Source of the DNA: Candidatus Micrarchaeota archaeon
GTDB taxonomy: Archaea; Micrarchaeota; Micrarchaeia; Anstonellales; Bilamarchaeaceae
Direction: 5' to 3'
Assembly (NCBI GenBank): GCA_018304385.1
Contig: JAGVWJ010000023.1
Location: 1-31,618, forward strand
Length of the DNA stretch: 31,618 bases
The notes under the pieces were generated by a model. It was not told the DNA's origin. It saw only the letters and a program-made list of their open reading frames with translations, and searched no databases. Positions 1 to 8,840 of this stretch are shown piece after piece; within the stretch, counting starts at the first letter, position 1; each line of letters begins with the position of its first letter. The translations under genes were made by a program, and so were the position numbers.

Positions 1-48
1 TTAGGTTTGTAGAGAATAAGTATAAATTATAGTTTTGAGTTGTGGGTT

Positions 49-450
49 ATGAGTTACTACCTGCTAATTGGTGCTTTAATCATTCTACTACTGCTACTTT
101 TGTTTTTATCTCAACTAAAATTCGAAAAGCGAAAGCTGGTGTTAGAGGATAAAAACGGTAAAAAAATCGAGTTGCAAGTTGAGATAGCAGATAATTCGTT
201 TAAGCGTACATTAGGTTTAATGTTTCGTAGCTCGCTAGGTGAAAACGAAGGCATGCTGTTTATTTTTCCAGATGAGAAGCAACGCGCTTTTTGGATGCTT
301 AATACAAAAATTCCATTAGATGCAATATTTTTTGATTCAAACGGAAAAATTGTTGAAATCATCCAAATGGAACCATGTGTTGGTTTAAGCTGTCCTTCGT
401 ATCCATCAAAAAAAGCAGCAAAATATGTCTTAGAAGTGAATGAAGGTTGA
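49..450 (+). CDS. DUF192 family protein with N-terminal membrane anchor, C-terminally truncated by an 11-bp duplication
   Basis: Motifs EIADN..R..GLMFR, GMLFIF, FWMLNTKIPLDAIF and YVLEVN; ATG at 49; premature TGA at 448-450 lies in the second copy of the tandem repeat. Confidence 0.85.
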   Translation: MSYYLLIGALIILLLLLLFLSQLKFEKRKLVLEDKNGKKIELQVEIADNSFKRTLGLMFRSSLGENEGMLFIFPDEKQRAFWMLNTKIPLDAIFFDSNGKIVEIIQMEPCVGLSCPSYPSKKAAKYVLEVNEG

Positions 451-458
451 ATGAAGGT
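437..458 (+). repeat. Perfect 11-bp tandem duplication TGAATGAAGGT x2
   Basis: Seen directly at 437-447 and 448-458. Removing one copy restores the frame to ...EVNEGFAKRNNITNNMIFKLF* ending at 509. Confidence 0.9.
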
Positions 459-522
459 TTCGCAAAGCGAAATAACATAACCAACAACATGATTTTTAAA
501 CTGTTTTAATTAATGATTTTGC

Positions 523-2064
523 ATGCAGAAGTTGTTTGAAAATACTAATGGAAGATCAAAGAGTGAGCATAAATTAACTAGTTCTGTTAAAAGATTTTTT
601 GCTTGTGCATTTGCTGGTTTAGCACTATTAGCATCTCCAATGCTTGCACATCAAGCGCGCGCTCAGCCACCACCAAGCGCAGAGATAGGCGCGCATTCTT
701 TGGAAGGCACAAAAGTAACTCTTAAAAATGGAAAACAAAAAGAAGAGGTCTATTTCTGTGCTCATTCTATAAATAGAGAGTGTGTATTAAATGTTAATGG
801 ACCTGCAGAAGTCACTGTTTTTTATTATCCTATAATTCCCAAGGTTTCTTTTAAAACATCTGGCCCAATACGTATTTCATATTCACTAGATGGAACTAAT
901 TTTGATCAAGATGCCCAAACCGAGCTCTCAACTCTTAGAACAACAGATATTGATTTGGATAAAAGTTTAGGCATAGGAGTTCCAATTGAGATTTCATTTA
1001 CTGCTTTAGAAGGTTCACATAAATTTATTGTTCTGACGCCAAAGGGTTTCTTAAAGGTAAGCAATGTTAGCGAACAAATTCCAATGCCAGATTTAGTCCC
1101 ACTTCCTCCGCCAGAAGTTGCTGCACGGCTAGATGCGCCACCTAATGAAACTTCGAAAGGTTCAGCAGGAGATAGCACCACCACCCAAGGTGTTTCACTT
1201 ACTGCAAAAACAGAAAAACCAAAAGAATTAGATCGACCCGTAGTTAGCCTAGAGTCTGATATTTTGCGCTTTGATGGCATTGGAGAGAATAATAATGCGG
1301 GCCACGTTGGAAATTTAGACATTGTTGGTAAATTATCTTTTGATGATCGCTTCGGGCTTCTCTTAGGGGCTTATGTAAAAATATATCGCTTAGCACTTGA
1401 TAAAAATAATCATGAAACAGATGTTGATTTAACCTCAGTTGGAGTACTAGTTGGTCCATCATTTGTCCTTAAACCAGGAAGCGTATTTTCTGTTATGTTA
1501 TTGGGCGGTACACAATCAACTGGTACTGATGTAAACACAAATGAAGAGTTACAAGGTACTACTGTTGATCGTAAAATGCCCATAGAAGTAGGTTTAAGAT
1601 TACAATATGATTCTAGTTTATTGCAGGCCATGCTTGAGGCAACTACTAACCCAATAAATCCAGGTACGCTTAGATTAGTCCATAATGCAGAATATGTCAC
1701 TCTACCTACTGGGACTCATCCAAAACTCGACCTGGATATGCGATTATTGCATTTACTTAGACCAAATCAAAACGAAACTCCATTAGGTAGTTCTGTTGAT
1801 GATAGAAATGTATATCTAGAGGCACTAGCTGAACTACCATTTACTTATCGCGCAGTTACGGCTAGTTTACTAGGAGGCGGAGAATCTTTGGTTGACGCGA
1901 GTTCTAGATCTACACATGCGTCAGGCCTTGCAGGTCTTGGTTTAGAATTTCATATTTGGAGATTACGTATAGGGGGAAGGGCATTAGTAAATCCAGCTCA
2001 TCTAGAACATCTACCTCGTGCAATGATTACTGCTGAGTTTCTTTCTGAGAGAACAGTAGAATAA
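523..2064 (+). CDS. Secreted hypothetical protein: signal peptide, beta-rich N-domain, Pro-rich linker and beta-barrel-like C-terminal half
   Basis: 513-aa ORF; KRFF + hydrophobic stretch + A-R-A cleavage-like site; PMPDLVPLPPPE linker; repeated alternating hydrophobic/polar strands with Gly and aromatics in the C-terminal ~250 aa. Confidence 0.6.
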   Translation: MQKLFENTNGRSKSEHKLTSSVKRFFACAFAGLALLASPMLAHQARAQPPPSAEIGAHSLEGTKVTLKNGKQKEEVYFCAHSINRECVLNVNGPAEVTVFYYPIIPKVSFKTSGPIRISYSLDGTNFDQDAQTELSTLRTTDIDLDKSLGIGVPIEISFTALEGSHKFIVLTPKGFLKVSNVSEQIPMPDLVPLPPPEVAARLDAPPNETSKGSAGDSTTTQGVSLTAKTEKPKELDRPVVSLESDILRFDGIGENNNAGHVGNLDIVGKLSFDDRFGLLLGAYVKIYRLALDKNNHETDVDLTSVGVLVGPSFVLKPGSVFSVMLLGGTQSTGTDVNTNEELQGTTVDRKMPIEVGLRLQYDSSLLQAMLEATTNPINPGTLRLVHNAEYVTLPTGTHPKLDLDMRLLHLLRPNQNETPLGSSVDDRNVYLEALAELPFTYRAVTASLLGGGESLVDASSRSTHASGLAGLGLEFHIWRLRIGGRALVNPAHLEHLPRAMITAEFLSERTVE

Positions 2065-2116
2065 TTTTTTATAAATATTCAATTTTTGTGATTTTTCTTT
2101 TTCGAGATTAAAACCT

Positions 2117-2130
2117 AGCTTTTAAAAGCT
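2117..2130 (+). promoter_or_regulatory. Palindromic TATA-containing element AGCTTTTAAAAGCT upstream of the putative ncRNA
   Basis: Perfect 14-bp palindrome with TTTTAAAA core at 2120-2127, ~25 nt before the structured region starts. Confidence 0.5.
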
Positions 2131-2149
2131 TTCGTTTCTAATATACTTC

Positions 2150-2410
2150 CCTTCGTTGTGGGAACGAAGCAGATAAGATAATTTTTCTTATCCGGAAGTT
2201 GGGTAAACCATGTAGGATGAATGGTGCGAGAAAATTCCTAAGAAAATTAGGAGGTTTGTAACATTTTGCAAAGCTCAATAAAGTTGCACGCTTGGACCGC
2301 TTGCCTGGCTACATGTATTATATGCTTGGGACAGACGTACCGCAAGGGAAGTCTGATTGGGCACGTAGTGTGTGTGAGTAGGTTGCATGGACCCTAAATA
2401 CTTCCGGATT
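2150..2410 (+). ncRNA. Putative unassigned structured non-coding RNA (~260 nt)
   Basis: ORF-free intergenic stretch, ~43% GC by hand count with G>>C. It has a 10-bp closing helix (2190-2199/2400-2409), nested helices and a CAGAC-GUA-CC-GCAA-GG-GAA-GUCUG hairpin. Confidence 0.65.
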
Positions 2411-2430
2411 AATTCTCATTTTTCTTCAAC

Positions 2431-2910
2431 TTAACCACTAACAAAAATCTTATATCTATCTTCTGACATTTTATGAAGGCCTAGATGTATTGCTAACCTT
2501 ACCTTAAATGTTCCTGAGTTTTCTATATCCGTAATACTTATTGGAACTCCGAATACTTCTGCGCCAGCCCATTCTTTTACTACTTTTACTGGTATAAGCT
2601 CTTGATGGTCTTTTTTTAGTTCAAATATCCCTTCTCCTCTGGTATTTGGACCGGATAAAGATAGTTTAAATAAAACGATATATTTGCATTCTAGCTCAAG
2701 CCAGGTTTGTGGCCGCAAAATTATTGTAAATTCTCCAAACGTTAGCCTTAAGGCTTCACCTATTCTTAATGTTCTTTGCATCATTCTTTTTGTTCCAGTA
2801 CTCCTTTTTTCTACTTGTGGCGGCTCAGTAATAACCCTATTAGCAAGTGCTTTTGCAGGAGGTGTTTTGCTTCCACTAGCCCCACTTCCTTTTATTAACC
2901 TAGACCCCAT
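2431..2910 (-). CDS. Hypothetical protein (159 aa)
   Basis: ATG-started ORF filling the gap between the RNA and dph5, with a low-complexity N-terminus and beta-rich C-terminus; no family recognised. Confidence 0.6.
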   Translation of the reverse strand: MGSRLIKGSGASGSKTPPAKALANRVITEPPQVEKRSTGTKRMMQRTLRIGEALRLTFGEFTIILRPQTWLELECKYIVLFKLSLSGPNTRGEGIFELKKDHQELIPVKVVKEWAGAEVFGVPISITDIENSGTFKVRLAIHLGLHKMSEDRYKIFVSG

Positions 2911-2965
2911 TATCTAGATTATTGTACGCCTATAATTTAAATATTATTATGCATTATTGTTAGTT

Positions 2966-3691
2966 ATGTTAATTCTAATAGGCACAGGAATTTCATTTGA
3001 TCTTACGCTTAGTGCAATTGATGAATTGAAAAAATGTGATGAAATTTATATTGAGAGTTATACGAACTTAATAGAGAATGAAAATATAAGCACGCTAGAA
3101 AAATTAATTAATAAAAAAATTATCTCGCTCGAGCGATCGCAGGTTGAAAGTAAATTTTTAATTGAACAAGCGAAAAATTCGAATGTTGCACTTTTAGTTA
3201 GTGGTGATCCTTTAATTGCTACTACGCATATTTCACTTATCATTGATGCAGAAAAAGCTAGGATAGAAACAAAAATTATTCATAATTCCTCGATTTATTC
3301 TGCAGCAGCTGGAAAGGCAGGCTTACAAATATATAAATTCGGTAAAACTGCATCTATTCCAAACCCAAGGCCAAACTATAATCCTACCTCTTGGTTTGAA
3401 ATAATTAAAGAGAATTTAGCTCGCGAAGCGCATACGCTTGTTTTGCTCGATACTGAACCAAAACCAATGGATGCGAAAACCGCGCTTGAGTTAATTGAGC
3501 GAACAAACAAAGACACAATTTTAAAAAATAAAAAAATAATTATTCTTTCGCGTATTGGCGAGAATAATGAGAAAATTATCTACAATGAAATAGAAAAATT
3601 AAAAATTACTCCACTAGGCAAACCGCCATTTGTAATAATTATCCCAGGAAAGTTGCATATGGTAGAAGAGGAGTATTTACAGCAACTTTAA
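2966..3691 (+). CDS. dph5: Diphthine synthase (diphthine methyl ester synthase)
   Basis: LILIGTG, IYIESYT, LVSGDPLIATTH, IHNSSI, GLQIYKFGKTASIP, HTLVLLD and IIIPGKLH..EEEYL motifs. Confidence 0.95.
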   Translation: MLILIGTGISFDLTLSAIDELKKCDEIYIESYTNLIENENISTLEKLINKKIISLERSQVESKFLIEQAKNSNVALLVSGDPLIATTHISLIIDAEKARIETKIIHNSSIYSAAAGKAGLQIYKFGKTASIPNPRPNYNPTSWFEIIKENLAREAHTLVLLDTEPKPMDAKTALELIERTNKDTILKNKKIIILSRIGENNEKIIYNEIEKLKITPLGKPPFVIIIPGKLHMVEEEYLQQL

Positions 3692-3715
3692 AAATATTAA
3701 TACTGTTTTCTAACT

Positions 3716-4483
3716 ATGAGAATTGATTACCTCACCGAAGCATTATACTTGAGATTAAAACCATACAAAAATGCGCGATCACTATTAGATTTCCTGAAAA
3801 AAGACCAGCAGGTTAATTCCTTCTTAGATGCAACGAATGCAGCGACTATCCAGCGTTTAGGCTATAATGATCATGGGATTACACATTCGCATATTACAAC
3901 TTTTAATGCAGTTAAATCATTGCAAATTTTAAATGAAAAGGGTGTAGCTCCAAATCTGGTAAAAGAGTGTAAATATGCAAAGTTTGAAGATTCCCTAGAG
4001 GTTGTAATTGCAGCCGCATATTTGCATGATATTGGAAATTCAGTTATGCGTGGTCAGCATGAGTTATTTAGTACCATTCTATCAAGAGAAATCATTAATC
4101 GGTATTATAGTAAGCCAACTGATTTGAACGAAAGGAAAAAATCGACAATAATGGAAGGAATAATATGCCACATGGGTAATCCAAACTGGCCACCTGCAAC
4201 ATTAGAGGCGAAGTTGATCCCTATTGCAGATGCGTGCGACATGGAACAAGGTCGTGCGAGAGTTCCTTATAGCTTAGGTAAGAAAGATATTCATAGTTTG
4301 TCTGCGTTAGCAATAACAAAGGTACGCTTAAAAGACGGAGAAAAGAAAATGGAACATAGCGCAGGTATATTCCAAGTAGAAGAATTATTAATCAAAAAGA
4401 TAAAGGCAGCTAATTTTCAGGAATATGTAGAAATAGAGGCAAATATAACTAGCAGGAATGAAAAAATTACATACCTCGACTGA
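3716..4483 (+). CDS. HD-domain phosphohydrolase (archaeal, LGYNDHG-type)
   Basis: RLGYNDHG..H, YLHDIGN, ICH and IADACDM..GRAR motifs. Confidence 0.85.
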   Translation: MRIDYLTEALYLRLKPYKNARSLLDFLKKDQQVNSFLDATNAATIQRLGYNDHGITHSHITTFNAVKSLQILNEKGVAPNLVKECKYAKFEDSLEVVIAAAYLHDIGNSVMRGQHELFSTILSREIINRYYSKPTDLNERKKSTIMEGIICHMGNPNWPPATLEAKLIPIADACDMEQGRARVPYSLGKKDIHSLSALAITKVRLKDGEKKMEHSAGIFQVEELLIKKIKAANFQEYVEIEANITSRNEKITYLD

Positions 4484-5045
4484 GTGGTACATGCATAAGA
4501 TCTACAACAGCGCCATTCCATATTCTTAGTGCATTATCGCTGTTTATCTCCCAGCTAACCCAACCGTCACCTTGTTTTCTTACCTCTTTTACAGCTATTG
4601 GAAAACCATTTGTATCCCGCATTACAAAGAATCTTTTTTGATCATTACCAATGCCTTCCCATATTCTTTCACCATCAGCAGTATATGCATATTTATGGTA
4701 ACGATCTCCATCTGATAAGTCAACAACTATAGCCTTTCTACTATAATTAAATGGTACGTCTCCATCTTCTGGATTGGAATCACAATAGCTTACACAAATG
4801 CGGTCCTCTTTTTTGACATGAACTCTGAATGGGTCTTGTTTATACTCTCTTTGAACCATCTCCCTATGCTTTTCTTCTATCTGTTCTATGCTTAATCCTT
4901 TAATGGAAATCCCGCTTTCGTCCTTAAATTTTGGTGAGGTACAACCTACGGCTATAAATGCTACTAATGGGGCTAGTACTTTAAAACACGGGATAGTTAA
5001 TTTTCCTGGGTTATTAGCTCTAACAGTATTATAATTTAATATCAT
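4467..5045 (-). CDS. Putative lipoprotein
   Basis: Hydrophobic stretch ending in lipobox-like AVG|C (VLAPLVAFIAVGCTS). Confidence 0.55.
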   Translation of the reverse strand: MILNYNTVRANNPGKLTIPCFKVLAPLVAFIAVGCTSPKFKDESGISIKGLSIEQIEEKHREMVQREYKQDPFRVHVKKEDRICVSYCDSNPEDGDVPFNYSRKAIVVDLSDGDRYHKYAYTADGERIWEGIGNDQKRFFVMRDTNGFPIAVKEVRKQGDGWVSWEINSDNALRIWNGAVVDLMHVPLSRGM

Positions 5046-5057
5046 AAAAACACCAAA

Positions 5058-5417
5058 TTATTTTTTTATTCCTTCATTCAAAGGTTTAAGATCTTTAAAT
5101 TTATTCACTCCTAATCTAATTTCTCTTACATTTCCAAGGGCAAATGTCAATTCTTGAACAAGAGGGTCATCTACTCTAACTGAGAAAGAACGTGTAATTG
5201 CACTTCTTAACTCATCCTGTGATATATTTGGACGACCATGTCTTTGTCTTCCTATATTAATTATTCTTATTACGTCTTCGGCAACTGTGCCTATCTCCCC
5301 CCAATAGGCTTGCCCACGTGTAGATGTTTGATGTGACCTTCCGAGTAAATGATCTTCTAATCTTCTAAGAACTGGTCGAAATGTTCTAGGATGTAATTCA
5401 CGTTTTACAGCTTGCAT
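5058..5417 (-). CDS. Hypothetical protein (~119 aa)
   Basis: ATG at 5417 removes the overlap with the upstream glycosyltransferase; no family recognised. Confidence 0.55.
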   Translation of the reverse strand: MQAVKRELHPRTFRPVLRRLEDHLLGRSHQTSTRGQAYWGEIGTVAEDVIRIINIGRQRHGRPNISQDELRSAITRSFSVRVDDPLVQELTFALGNVREIRLGVNKFKDLKPLNEGIKK

Positions 5418-5427
5418 AATACCATCT

Positions 5428-6903
5428 TTATGATTGCCTTCTTTCTGTAGCTCTACTAACTGCAGCTTCAAAATCAAGGAGCATTCGTGTATTTGAAAAA
5501 CCACTTAATAGAGAATCTAATGCAAAACGATTAGATTGTACTCCATTACCTTTAAAATCTCTTATTGCCACAATATATTGTTCTATAGTAGTATTTATAT
5601 TTGTATCTGGAGGTGGAAGAAGAACACCTAGTGAAGGATCTGTTACAACCTCGGGTATCCCACCCACATTACTAGCAATTAAATACGATCCTGCTAGCAT
5701 AGATTCAATAACAGTTAGTGAAAGCCCATCTGAACGTACTGGACAGATAGTAATATCAGATATAGCTTGTACTGGAGTTGGTAATAAACCACCCCAAATT
5801 GAATGTGATTGAAGCTCTCTATATTCTTCACCGCCGTATTTTAAGAATGCCTGTTCAACATCTGGAGCAAAAGTTGCATTTCCACCAACAAATTTAGAAA
5901 TATCTAGTACTAATCGTAGTCTTCCTTCTCTTATTAATCTTTCAAATTTCATTAATTCCCCTAATCTCTTTTTTAATTGTTTATTTGCTACAAGTACATC
6001 TGGACTTGCAACTACGACTCCAGTGTTTGCATCTCTTTGATCTAGACTACGCTCCAAATAATCAAGGATACCTAATAGGATATCACCACCTTTTATATTA
6101 TCTAAACGTCCTACATAGGCTACAGTTTTATCAAGATCTGGATTAAGCCCAATGTTTCTTCGGTTTTGTCTTATAAATTCTTTATCTTGCAAGGTGTATA
6201 AGTTAGCATTTATTCCATTTAGAATGACATCTGTTGGTAAGGTTGAACCATTGCCATCTCCACCTAATGATCTTGTAAAATGTTCATTAAAATCCCTACC
6301 TGCTTTGTCACTAACAGCAATAACTCCATCTGCAGCATATTTTAGTGCACTACAATATTCTCTCAACAGTACTCTCCCAATATCGCTAGTAACTAAATAA
6401 GTATCTGTAGATAATACGTGAATATATAAGAGAACAGTAGCCATTTTATCTAGGCCGGCAACCTCTAATTGTTTTCTGACATAATGTGCTGCAGTTGCAT
6501 TTGGAGTTAATGGATAATGAAGAACTATAACTGGGTGATACCCCCCTGTAATTAATCCACTAGCCAAGGCAAATAATGTTGAGTTAGCATCAGATTTACG
6601 AGTTGTTATGACAGATGTGTTAAATTGTTCCATTGCCATTCGCTTAATTTTGTCACTCATTAATGGTTCCTCTCTTGGGGTCATATTTTGGAATACTACA
6701 AAATTTTTTCTGTTTTCTTGTGGGGAAACAAAACGAGTAGCACTAGTAAGATCACCAATAACAAATGTTTGACCAAAAAATCTAGGATTAAGTGGAAATG
6801 GGTGTCTACCTGCAAGGTGGATATAAGCACGTTTATCGGTTGCACTAGCTATTACATGAGTCATACCTTTATTAACACAATTCTTATTTAAATACCTTTC
6901 CAT
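5428..6903 (-). CDS. GT-B fold glycosyltransferase (GT4/glycogen-synthase-like)
   Basis: VIAVS, VILNGIN, YVGRLDNIKG and PVRSDGLSLTVIESM..ASNVGGIPEVV motifs. Confidence 0.85.
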   Translation of the reverse strand: MERYLNKNCVNKGMTHVIASATDKRAYIHLAGRHPFPLNPRFFGQTFVIGDLTSATRFVSPQENRKNFVVFQNMTPREEPLMSDKIKRMAMEQFNTSVITTRKSDANSTLFALASGLITGGYHPVIVLHYPLTPNATAAHYVRKQLEVAGLDKMATVLLYIHVLSTDTYLVTSDIGRVLLREYCSALKYAADGVIAVSDKAGRDFNEHFTRSLGGDGNGSTLPTDVILNGINANLYTLQDKEFIRQNRRNIGLNPDLDKTVAYVGRLDNIKGGDILLGILDYLERSLDQRDANTGVVVASPDVLVANKQLKKRLGELMKFERLIREGRLRLVLDISKFVGGNATFAPDVEQAFLKYGGEEYRELQSHSIWGGLLPTPVQAISDITICPVRSDGLSLTVIESMLAGSYLIASNVGGIPEVVTDPSLGVLLPPPDTNINTTIEQYIVAIRDFKGNGVQSNRFALDSLLSGFSNTRMLLDFEAAVSRATERRQS

Positions 6904-6985
6904 TTTAATCCACTAAAACATAACCTTTAAAAGCTTATCCATCCATATACTATAACATATATTAAATACTTAGAGGTGGTTATCA

Positions 6986-7108
6986 ATGTTGTGTAAATTG
7001 ACAAAGAAATGCAAGAAAAAGAATGTTTGTTTGCATGAGGTTGCTGCAGTAGGTGTTGTAGTTGTTGCAGCAGTTTATGCAGTATTAGTATTGGGCGTTG
7101 TAGCTTAA
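6986..7108 (+). CDS. 40-aa single-pass membrane microprotein (not in ORF track)
   Basis: GAGGTG Shine-Dalgarno before ATG 6986; MLCKLTKKCKKKNVCLHEVAAVGVVVVAAVYAVLVLGVVA*. Confidence 0.6.
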   Translation: MLCKLTKKCKKKNVCLHEVAAVGVVVVAAVYAVLVLGVVA

Positions 7109-7169
7109 TCTATACGCTTTTCTTTCTATTTTTCATTAGATTTAAATAGCTTATTAGTAATAGCTTAGC

Positions 7170-7382
7170 ATGATAAAACACGAGATAAAGACATGTTCTA
7201 AGTGTAAGAAAAAGATATTTATCTCCCTGCTAGAGGAGAAAGGCCAACTGGTCGAGACCCAATTTATTGGCCTCAAGAAGATTTCTGAGCGAAAAGGAAT
7301 AACTGAGAACAAAGTATTTATTTGTGGGTTATGTGAGAAACCACAGGGAAAAGCTAAACCAACAAAATCTAAGAAAAAGTAG
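7170..7382 (+). CDS. Small Zn-finger-like protein
   Basis: CSKC ... CGLC pairs and a basic tail. Confidence 0.6.
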   Translation: MIKHEIKTCSKCKKKIFISLLEEKGQLVETQFIGLKKISERKGITENKVFICGLCEKPQGKAKPTKSKKK

Positions 7383-7467
7383 TTCTAATTTTGTGTTTCC
7401 GAAACATTTATATATAACCTTCTACATATATTTATTACCACAGATAATATGTGGCAAGGTGCCTCCC

Positions 7468-7629
7468 ATGGAAATAAAACACATAAAATCTGATCCAAAG
7501 AAAATATGGCGTAAACTAAAACCAAAATGCGAGCACAAGGTAGAGTCAGTTTTCGAGCTAGAAACCACGCTTACAGGGGATGTAATGTTTACTACTTGCA
7601 AATGTAAGTCCAGTTTTATTTTTAACTAA
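7468..7629 (+). CDS. Small Cys-containing hypothetical protein (53 aa)
   Basis: AAGGTG SD before ATG 7468; CEH ... CKC motif; the longer track ORF from 7324 is probably an over-extension. Confidence 0.5.
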   Translation: MEIKHIKSDPKKIWRKLKPKCEHKVESVFELETTLTGDVMFTTCKCKSSFIFN

Positions 7630-7654
7630 GCGGTCAGCCTCGAAACCACTAATA

Positions 7655-8779
7655 CTATAAGTTTTCATCCCTTATTCTTTCCAATCTTTCTTCTCCCTTG
7701 TCTTCTGGTGCTACATTATGAATTGGTTGATAACGGTTGCTATTTGGTCGAATCATTTTGAATATAAAATCAGTCATTTTTTCTTTATCTCTGTCATGCA
7801 TTGTGAATAGCAATCCATGATATGATTTCTCTTGCTTCTGAACCCATAGTGCAAATTCCTTGCGCTCTTTAGCTTTAGGTCGCTTTTTATACAATTCTTT
7901 TACTTCATTTTCGATTCGTTCTTTTGTCTTTATTAAAATCCCTGCTGTTTTTTCTGTCCACCCTCTAAATTCCTCTGGTATTTTTTCAATAAATTCTTTG
8001 TTGAATTTGTTATCCCTAAGAATCTCCCAAATGCTAATAAGCGATAGATTCGATAGAATACGGTGTATCTTCAGATACTCTTCTCCTTTAATTTTAATCC
8101 TTAAACCATTAGAATATCTGGCAACAAATCCTTCTTCATTTGCTGGAAGCGTATCTATTGTTTCGCGAATCTGCTTTATTGTCAATGGCTTTTTTGGAAC
8201 GATCTTAAATCCGTACAGTTTTGCAATCTCTTGAAGCTCGCTATAGTCATAATCCTTACCTGTTTTTATATCGATTGTGCCTATTAGAAAAAGCTCTTTT
8301 TGTCCTTTATAATCGATAACAATGCGATTTTCTGGATAAATAATTTCGAACAGTAGGGTCAACCCTTCTGGAATTTTTAGATTAGAAAAACGCTCTCGAA
8401 AATAGATTGTTGCCCATGCACCTTGCTCGGAATAGAACGTTCCTTTAGTAGTAACAAAATATTCGTCTTTATCATAATAGAAAATACCTAACGACCCATC
8501 TAATTTTTCTGTGATTTCTGGCTCTTTCATAGGTAGGTTTTCGAGCTTGGTCTCTTCAGTTTCATTTAAATTGAAGAATTTGGGGAATGGCCTTGCGACT
8601 ATTTCTCCTGTTTTTAGATTAACAACTAGTCCGCGTGCCATTTTCGTATATTTATCCCATTTTTTATCATAAACGCATTTAGGTGTATAACAGTATATTG
8701 CAAGATCGCCTTTAACCGCCTTAGAAATTAGCTTATTTTGGACGCGTTTTTCGAGCTCGGAGATTAAATTGTCAGCCAT
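7655..8779 (-). CDS. T4 Rnl1/RnlA-like RNA ligase
   Basis: ARGLV, RPFPKFFN, nucleotidyltransferase motif I EKLDGS, TKG, LLFEII, EEGFV and RIKIK motifs; likely start ATG 8779 (MADNL). Confidence 0.85.
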   Translation of the reverse strand: MADNLISELEKRVQNKLISKAVKGDLAIYCYTPKCVYDKKWDKYTKMARGLVVNLKTGEIVARPFPKFFNLNETEETKLENLPMKEPEITEKLDGSLGIFYYDKDEYFVTTKGTFYSEQGAWATIYFRERFSNLKIPEGLTLLFEIIYPENRIVIDYKGQKELFLIGTIDIKTGKDYDYSELQEIAKLYGFKIVPKKPLTIKQIRETIDTLPANEEGFVARYSNGLRIKIKGEEYLKIHRILSNLSLISIWEILRDNKFNKEFIEKIPEEFRGWTEKTAGILIKTKERIENEVKELYKKRPKAKERKEFALWVQKQEKSYHGLLFTMHDRDKEKMTDFIFKMIRPNSNRYQPIHNVAPEDKGEERLERIRDENL

Positions 8780-8814
8780 GAACAGTTTTAGATAAATAGA
8801 TATATAAATATTTC

Positions 8815-8828
8815 TATAGATATCTATA
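8815..8828. promoter_or_regulatory. Perfect 14-bp palindrome TATAGATATCTATA, a candidate operator in the ligase/antitoxin divergent promoter
   Basis: Seen directly; further TAGATA half-sites at 8789 and 8797 in the 61-bp intergenic gap. Confidence 0.6.
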
Positions 8829-8840
8829 AATGTGATTAAT

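Noticed and set aside
2150-2410. Annotating the RNA as SRP RNA, RNase P RNA or a c-di-GMP-I riboswitch
   Set aside because: The SRP helix-8 symmetric loop is absent. The RNase P P4-like pairing (AAU-U-CC/GGAUU) is only 5 bp and competes with stronger helices. GGUAAACCAU..AUGG lacks the rest of the GEMM motif.
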